Positions 26,973 to 32,000 of a stretch of DNA of 32,000 nucleotides are shown here, piece after piece. This DNA is from an uncultured Actinomycetes bacterium (lineage in GTDB: Bacteria; Actinomycetota; Actinomycetes; S36-B12; CAIYMF01), in assembly GCA_963843975.1 (NCBI GenBank), contig CAWJMG010000003.1:2220001-2252000 (forward strand). The letters run 5' to 3'. The notes under the pieces were generated by a model. The model was not told the origin of the DNA. It did not search any database and was given only the letters and a program-made list of their open reading frames with translations. Each line of letters starts with the position of its first letter. Position 1 is the stretch's first letter. The translations under genes were made by a program, and so were the position numbers.

Positions 26973-27458
26973 TCAGGGGCGGTCGGTGGGCTCGAGGTCG
27001 TCGAGGTCGTCGTCGGCCGGGATGTCGCGCGAGCGCGCCGGTCGGCCCGTGGACACCGCTGGCTCCGCGGCATCGCCCGTGCCCGTGCCGTTCGCGCCCG
27101 GGAACGCGCCGGACGCGGCAGGCTGGTCGCCCAGCGCCTCGGCCGCGGCGGCGTCCTCTGAGGCGGCCGATGAGTCGATGCGCTGGTTGACCTTCTGCAC
27201 GGCGGTGACGACCTCGACCGCTGCCACCTCGCGGCGGCGGTTGAGCGCGAAGATCGAGATGACGCCGGAGATGAGGAACGCGAACACCAGCAGGATCAGC
27301 GGCTGGCGCAGCCCGAGGAGATAGAGCACCCCGGTGGTGAGCCCGAGGATCAGCAGCCGCAGCAGCGTGTAGACGAGGACGGGGTGGCCGCCGTTCGTGG
27401 TGACCGCGTCACCGGCCGGCGTCTCGTCGGGGGTGGGGGTCGTGTCGTCCTGGCTCAC
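26973..27458 (-). CDS. DUF4229-like small membrane protein
   Basis: 161 aa with an acidic, Thr/Pro-rich N-terminus, two adjacent TM helices (VLVYTLLRLLILGLTTGVLYLLG ... LILLVFAFLISGVISIFAL) followed by NRRR, and a low-complexity acidic tail. It converges on menA with a 7-nt gap. Confidence 0.65.
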   Translation of the reverse strand: MSQDDTTPTPDETPAGDAVTTNGGHPVLVYTLLRLLILGLTTGVLYLLGLRQPLILLVFAFLISGVISIFALNRRREVAAVEVVTAVQKVNQRIDSSAASEDAAAAEALGDQPAASGAFPGANGTGTGDAAEPAVSTGRPARSRDIPADDDLDDLEPTDRP

Positions 27459-27504
27459 GGCTTCACCGTACGTCGCCGGCGACCGCGTGCCCGAGCCGGG
27501 TCGA

Positions 27505-27858
27505 TCAGGACGCCGGGGTGGCGTCGCCGCCGGGCGCCGCGCCGCCGTCGCGCTTCTCGCGGCGCTTTCTCATCTTCTCCGACCAGGTGACGTCGTCGAT
27601 CTGGCGGAGGAACGCGGGGTCGTCGTCCGGCGCGACCGGGCCGCGGCCGCGACCCGGCGCCACCGAGCCGTCGCCGATCGGGCGAGGCCGTCCCCAGACG
27701 AACCACGCCACAGCACCGAGGACGGGCAGGACCAGCACGACCACGGCCCACAGGGTCTTGGGCAGCGATCGCACGTCGTCCCGGCGGCTCAGCACGACGT
27801 CGATGAGCGCGTAGAGCACGACGACGAAGCCGACCGCGTAGAGCAGGAACCTGCCCAC
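27505..27858 (-). CDS. PLD nuclease N-terminal domain (PLDc_N)-type small membrane protein, paralog B
   Basis: 117 aa from GTG 27858, preceded by AAGGAGG. It has the same architecture as 25476-25877 (LYAVGFVVVLYALIDVV ... LWAVVVLVLPVLGAVAWFVWGRP ... DDDPAFLRQI followed by a basic tail). Confidence 0.75.
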   Translation of the reverse strand: MGRFLLYAVGFVVVLYALIDVVLSRRDDVRSLPKTLWAVVVLVLPVLGAVAWFVWGRPRPIGDGSVAPGRGRGPVAPDDDPAFLRQIDDVTWSEKMRKRREKRDGGAAPGGDATPAS

Positions 27859-27902
27859 GTCAGCGCACCTCCTTGACGGGAGGGTACGACGCAGCAGTGC
27901 GC

Positions 27903-27918
27903 CGCGCCTGCGGGCGCG
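27903..27918 (-). terminator. Possible short GC hairpin downstream of ccsA
   Basis: CGCGCC-TGCG-GGCGCG (6-bp stem, 4-nt loop) lies about 25 nt past the ccsA stop. There is no U-tract, so the call is weak. Confidence 0.2.
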
Positions 27919-27939
27919 ATCCGTGGCCGACCATGCTCG

Positions 27940-28938
27940 CTATCGCAGACCGCCGTAGGAGTGCAGGCCGCTCATGAGGATGTTCACGCCGAAGTAGTTG
28001 AAGACGAAGCACCCGAACGCGACGAACGCGATGTAGGCGGCCTTGCGGCCCTTCCAGCCAGCGGTCGCACGGGCGTGCAGGTAGGCGGCGTACCCGACCC
28101 AGGTGATGAACGCCCAGGTCTCCTTCGGGTCCCAGCCCCAGTAGCGGCCCCAGGCGTTCTCGGCCCAGATCGCGCCGGCGACGATGGTGAAGGTCCACAG
28201 CGGGAACATGAACGCGTGGATGCGGTAGGCCATCGCGTCGAGCTTGGTCGACTCGGGGAGCCGCTTGGCGAGGCCGGACAGCCAGTACGTCCGACCCTCG
28301 GCGGCGCGCCGCTCGCCGGAGTCGGCGACGAGGAACAGGGCCGACAGCGCGGCACCGAGGCTGAAGGCACCGGCGCAGACCGTCGCGGCCGACACGTGGA
28401 TCACGAGCCAGTAGTTGCGCAGCGCGGGCACGAGCTGGGCGGCGTCGACGTACAGCACGGTGACGGCGAGGCCCAGGATCAGGAGCACGGTCGGCAGCAC
28501 GAACAGCCCGAGCCAGCGGACGTCGCGCTTGAGCGAGATCGCGAGGAACGTGACCGCGATCGCGAGGGCCGAGGTGATCGAGAACTCGTACATGTTGCCC
28601 CAAGGGGCACGCATCACCGAGAGGCCGCGGAAGAGCAGCCCGCCCGCGAGCAGCAGGGTGCCGAGCCACGTGATCGACATCGCGATGTTGGCCGACCGGC
28701 GACCGGGCGGCAGCGAACCGTCGTCCGGTCCGCCGACCGTGACCTCGGTCTTGGTGGCGACGGCGACCGAGCCCTCGCCGGCCGTGGACGCGGCGCCCTC
28801 GGACGTGGCGGGGACGAGGTCGCGACCCTTGGACGCGGCGAAGGAGACCGCGAACGTGAACATCGCGATCGTGTAGACCGCCATGGCGGCGTACACGAGG
28901 TCGCGGCTCAGCTCGGCGAACGCCACGTTGACCGTCAC
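27940..28938 (-). CDS. ccsA: System II cytochrome c biogenesis heme-handling protein, CcsA/ResC family (called CcsB in some annotation schemes)
   Basis: 332 aa from GTG 28938, overlapping the resB stop (GTGA). It is polytopic with the Trp-rich WWD motif WGRYWGWDPKETWAFITW. Confidence 0.9.
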   Translation of the reverse strand: MTVNVAFAELSRDLVYAAMAVYTIAMFTFAVSFAASKGRDLVPATSEGAASTAGEGSVAVATKTEVTVGGPDDGSLPPGRRSANIAMSITWLGTLLLAGGLLFRGLSVMRAPWGNMYEFSITSALAIAVTFLAISLKRDVRWLGLFVLPTVLLILGLAVTVLYVDAAQLVPALRNYWLVIHVSAATVCAGAFSLGAALSALFLVADSGERRAAEGRTYWLSGLAKRLPESTKLDAMAYRIHAFMFPLWTFTIVAGAIWAENAWGRYWGWDPKETWAFITWVGYAAYLHARATAGWKGRKAAYIAFVAFGCFVFNYFGVNILMSGLHSYGGLR

Positions 28939-30545
28939 TCCGGGGCTCCTTCTACGTCCGTACGGGCTGCTGCCGGTGAGCCGAGGGCCGAGGCCAGCTC
29001 GTCGACCTCGTCGGCGACGCTGGCGTGCTCGGACCGGGTGAGGCCGGCGACGTCGACCACGGTAACGCCTCCCGCCCCGGCCGCCACCCGCACCCAGACG
29101 CGGCGGCGACGGATGAGCAGGGACAGCGCTAGGCCGCTCATCGCGGCGATCGAGGCGACCAGCGCGATCTCCTTGCCGGGGTCGCGCGCGACCGCGAACG
29201 AGGCGAACTGCTCGTACCCGTCGAAGGAGATGGTCTCGCCGGTCGGCACGGTCCAGGACTCGCCCGGGCGGAGCGCCTCGATGCCGAGCCGGGTCATGTT
29301 CTTCGTCTCGAGCTTGAAGACCGACTGGGTGCGGCCGCTGTCGAGGCCGAGGTCGCCCTCCCACGCCGACAGGAACACGCCGGGGTCGTCGGCCGCCGGG
29401 AAGGTCGAGTGGGGTCCACGCACGTCGTCGACCGCGGCCGTCGGAAGGAAGAAGCCGGTGAGGCCGAGCTGCGGCGTCGCGTCCGGCACCTTCACGGTGC
29501 AGGTGGAGGTGAAGTTCGGGTCCTGCGGGAGGCAGACGACGGAGTCGCGGAAGACGATCTGGCCGTCCTTGTCCTTCACGGTGAAGGTCGGTGCGTAGCC
29601 GTGGCCGACGAGGAAGACCTTCTCGCCGTCGACGACCAGCGGCTCGTTGACCTGGATGCTCACCTTCTCCGGCGCGGCACCGGGCTCCCGGACGAGCGTG
29701 ACGGCGGCGACGAACTCGCGCGGGGCGCCGTTCTGCGAGCCGCCGCGCTCGAACTGCGCGTCGAAGGAGTCGAGCCGGAACGTGAACGGCTGCAGCGACG
29801 CCGGGTCGAAGCCACGGCCGGGGGCGAAGGAGTCGAACTGCGAGAGCGTGTTCGCGAACGACGTGCCCTCGCGGACGACGACGTTGCCGCGGAAGCCGCC
29901 GAGCGACCCGACCGCGACGCCGAGCAGCAGCACGAGCAGAGCGAGGTGGAAGACGAGGTTGCCGGTCTCGCGGCTGTAGCCCTTCTCGGCCGCGACCGAG
30001 TCATCGCGGACGTCGACCCGCCACCGCTTGCCGCGCAGGAACGCCGCAGCATCGGCGATCACTGTCGAGGCGTCGCTCCCGGATACGACCTGGCGGTGCT
30101 CGGGGAGCCGGGCGAGGTTGCGCGGCGCGGCCGGGGGCCGTGCGCGCATCGCCTTCCAGTGCAGGACCGAGCGCGGGATCACGCAGCCCGCGAGCGAGAT
30201 GAACAGCAGCAGGTAGATCGCGGCGAACCACGGCGAGGCGAACACGTCGAAGAAGCCGAGGCGGTCCAGCCACACGCCCTTCGGGTCGTCCGCGAGGTAC
30301 TGCGTGACCTTGACGGGGTCGGTGGCGCGCTGCGGGAAGACTGAGCCGGGCACCGACGCGACGGCGAGCAGGAACAGCAGCACGAGCGCCGTGCGCATGC
30401 TCGTCAACGTGCGCCAGGCCCAGCGCAGCCACCCGACGACGCCGATGCCGACGGGTGCGCTGCCCTCGGTCTCGGCGGGCGCGGTCGACAGCCCCGCGCG
30501 GGTGCCATCGGCGTCGCGCACGGCGTCGTCGACCTGGTCGCTCAC
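28935..30545 (-). CDS. resB: Cytochrome c biogenesis protein ResB/CcsB family
   Basis: 536 aa from GTG 30545, overlapping the ccdA stop (GTGA). N-terminal TM helices (LRWAWRTLTSMRTALVLLFLLAVASVPGSVFPQR) are followed by a large extracytoplasmic domain and a C-terminal TM helix. Confidence 0.88.
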   Translation of the reverse strand: MSDQVDDAVRDADGTRAGLSTAPAETEGSAPVGIGVVGWLRWAWRTLTSMRTALVLLFLLAVASVPGSVFPQRATDPVKVTQYLADDPKGVWLDRLGFFDVFASPWFAAIYLLLFISLAGCVIPRSVLHWKAMRARPPAAPRNLARLPEHRQVVSGSDASTVIADAAAFLRGKRWRVDVRDDSVAAEKGYSRETGNLVFHLALLVLLLGVAVGSLGGFRGNVVVREGTSFANTLSQFDSFAPGRGFDPASLQPFTFRLDSFDAQFERGGSQNGAPREFVAAVTLVREPGAAPEKVSIQVNEPLVVDGEKVFLVGHGYAPTFTVKDKDGQIVFRDSVVCLPQDPNFTSTCTVKVPDATPQLGLTGFFLPTAAVDDVRGPHSTFPAADDPGVFLSAWEGDLGLDSGRTQSVFKLETKNMTRLGIEALRPGESWTVPTGETISFDGYEQFASFAVARDPGKEIALVASIAAMSGLALSLLIRRRRVWVRVAAGAGGVTVVDVAGLTRSEHASVADEVDELASALGSPAAARTDVEGAPE

Positions 30546-31357
30546 AGCCACACTCCGAAGTCGCCGGCCCACGAGCGCAGGCCGATCGTGAGGTCGTCCC
30601 ACGTGCCGGTGACGAGCAGCAGGCCGATGGCGACCAGCATGGCCCCGCCGACGCGCATCACGACGACGCTGTGCCGACGGACCCAGCCGATCGCGCCGAG
30701 CGCGCGGCGGAAGAGAAGGCCGACGAGCACGAACGGGAGCCCGAGGCCGAGGCAGTAGAAGACCGACAGCAGCGCGCCGCGAGCAGCGCTGGCCTCGGTG
30801 AAGGCGAGGGTCTGCACGGCGCCGAGCGTGGGGCCGATGCACGGGGTCCAGCCGAGGCCGAACAGGACGCCGAGGAGCGGAGCGCCCCACAGGCCGACCC
30901 TGGGCAACGAGTGCAGCCGCCACTCCCGCTGCATGCCCGGGATGACGCCGAGGAAGGACAGGCCGAGCACGACGACCACGACGCCGAGGACGCGCGTGAT
31001 CGGCTCCTGGTAGCGGAACAGCGCCTCGCCCAGGGCGCCGAAGGCGGCGCCGTACGCGACGAAGACGGCGGTGAACCCGAGAACGAACAGCAGCGACCCC
31101 AGCAGGACCCGGGTGCGGGTGGCGGGTGCCGACGGCGGTGCCTCGACGATGACGTCCGCGCCATCCTCGGTGCGGCGCTTCGCGGGGGCTTCGGACTCCC
31201 CTGCGAGCTCGGCGCCGGACAGCCCGGTGACGTACGAGAGGTAGCCGGGCACGAGCGGCAGCACGCACGGCGAGAGGAACGACACGACGCCGGCGGCGAA
31301 GGCCAGCGGCGCCGCGACGAGCAGCGAGCCGGAGACGACGGTGTCGGCGACGCTCAC
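30542..31357 (-). CDS. ccdA: Cytochrome c biogenesis thiol-reductant transporter CcdA (DsbD-family core)
   Basis: 271 aa from GTG 31357, overlapping the upstream stop (GTGA). The two conserved Cys motifs FLSPCVLPLVPGY and GWTPCIGPTLG are present. Confidence 0.9.
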   Translation of the reverse strand: MSVADTVVSGSLLVAAPLAFAAGVVSFLSPCVLPLVPGYLSYVTGLSGAELAGESEAPAKRRTEDGADVIVEAPPSAPATRTRVLLGSLLFVLGFTAVFVAYGAAFGALGEALFRYQEPITRVLGVVVVVLGLSFLGVIPGMQREWRLHSLPRVGLWGAPLLGVLFGLGWTPCIGPTLGAVQTLAFTEASAARGALLSVFYCLGLGLPFVLVGLLFRRALGAIGWVRRHSVVVMRVGGAMLVAIGLLLVTGTWDDLTIGLRSWAGDFGVWL

Positions 31358-31950
31358 GACGTCTCCGCCAGGACCGGCTCGATCATGCCGAGGAGCCGGG
31401 AGCGGTCGACGGCACCGAGGGCGCGCGCGGCGACCCTGCCCTCGCGGTCGAGCACGAGCGTGGTCGGGATGGCCGACGGCGGCAGCTGGCCGTGGAAGGC
31501 GAGCACGAGGGAGTTGTCGCCGTCGAACATCGAGGGGTAGGACACCTCGAACTTGCGGCTGAACGCCTTCGCGTTGTCGATCGAGTCCTTGCCGCCGGAC
31601 ACGATGCCGACGAACTCCACGCCCTTGGCCTTGGTCTCGGCGTACGTCGACTCCAGCACCCCGGCCTCGGCGCGGCAGGGCGAGCACCACGACGCCCACA
31701 GGTTCACCACGACGACCTTGCCGCGGTACGACGAGACGTCGAGCGTCGCGCCGTCCAGCGTCGTGCCGACGAGCACCGGCGCCGCCTCGCGCTCGGCCGC
31801 CGGGAGGAGCACGGTCGACCCGTCGCCGGCGACGTAGCGGGTGGAGCCGTCGACCGAGCCGGAGGTGGCCGAGCAGCCCGCGAGGAGCACCGCGGCAGCC
31901 GCGAGCGCAACGACGCCCGCGAGACGGCGGGCCCGGCGTCCGGCGGTCAC
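31354..31950 (-). CDS. TlpA/ResA-family thioredoxin-like thiol-disulfide oxidoreductase lipoprotein
   Basis: 198 aa with a signal peptide and lipobox (RRARRLAGVVALAAAAVLLAGC) and the active site WASWCSPCRAE. GTG 31950 is preceded by GGAG. It is the first visible gene of the ccs operon. Confidence 0.88.
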   Translation of the reverse strand: MTAGRRARRLAGVVALAAAAVLLAGCSATSGSVDGSTRYVAGDGSTVLLPAAEREAAPVLVGTTLDGATLDVSSYRGKVVVVNLWASWCSPCRAEAGVLESTYAETKAKGVEFVGIVSGGKDSIDNAKAFSRKFEVSYPSMFDGDNSLVLAFHGQLPPSAIPTTLVLDREGRVAARALGAVDRSRLLGMIEPVLAETS

Positions 31951-32000
31951 GGCGGCTGCTCCTCGGGTGGTCGTGGTGATCGTGCTGGTCGGGGCTGGCG

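Noticed and set aside
31947-32000. Possible 3' end of another minus-strand gene whose TGA would overlap the ResA-like GTG start (GTGA)
   Set aside because: Only ~50 nt are visible and the translation (…RQPRPARSPRPPEEQPP*) is uninformative, so no feature can be supported from this window.

Overview
Very GC-rich actinobacterial-type chromosome with a strong G/C bias at third codon positions. The window is almost entirely respiratory-chain housekeeping. Left to right: the 3' end of a RarD/EamA permease gene, a small lipoprotein gene, and then on the minus strand a polyprenyl diphosphate synthase and a complete 14-gene NADH dehydrogenase I operon (nuoA-N, 2050-17804). Most nuo junctions are 4-nt ATGA/GTGA stop/start overlaps. 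A 556-bp divergent intergenic region follows and carries a near-consensus Rex-type operator. Next come a secreted collagen-like (Gly-X-Y)29 protein, a menaquinone cluster (menF, then menD-menC, then menE, a PLDc_N membrane protein, menA, then DUF4229 and a second PLDc_N paralog), and a System II cytochrome c maturation operon (ResA-like, ccdA, resB, ccsA). I saw no tRNA, rRNA, CRISPR array, transposase, phage or recognisable defence genes, and nothing I can defend as a new multi-gene system. Five things deserve a second look. (1) Three conserved genes (nuoC, nuoF, menF) each carry exactly one extra base, which breaks the frame as the sequence is written. (2) A ~290-bp lower-GC imperfect palindrome sits between convergent menF and menD, and its termini supply the last codons and stop codons of both genes. 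(3) The collagen-like protein is wedged between the nuo and men loci. (4) A 51-codon ORF with a strong Shine-Dalgarno sequence is coupled by ATGA to menC. (5) Two paralogous PLDc_N small membrane proteins bracket menA. The many long Arg/Gly/Asp/His-rich ORFs in the six-frame track are antisense or out-of-frame shadows typical of high-GC DNA.
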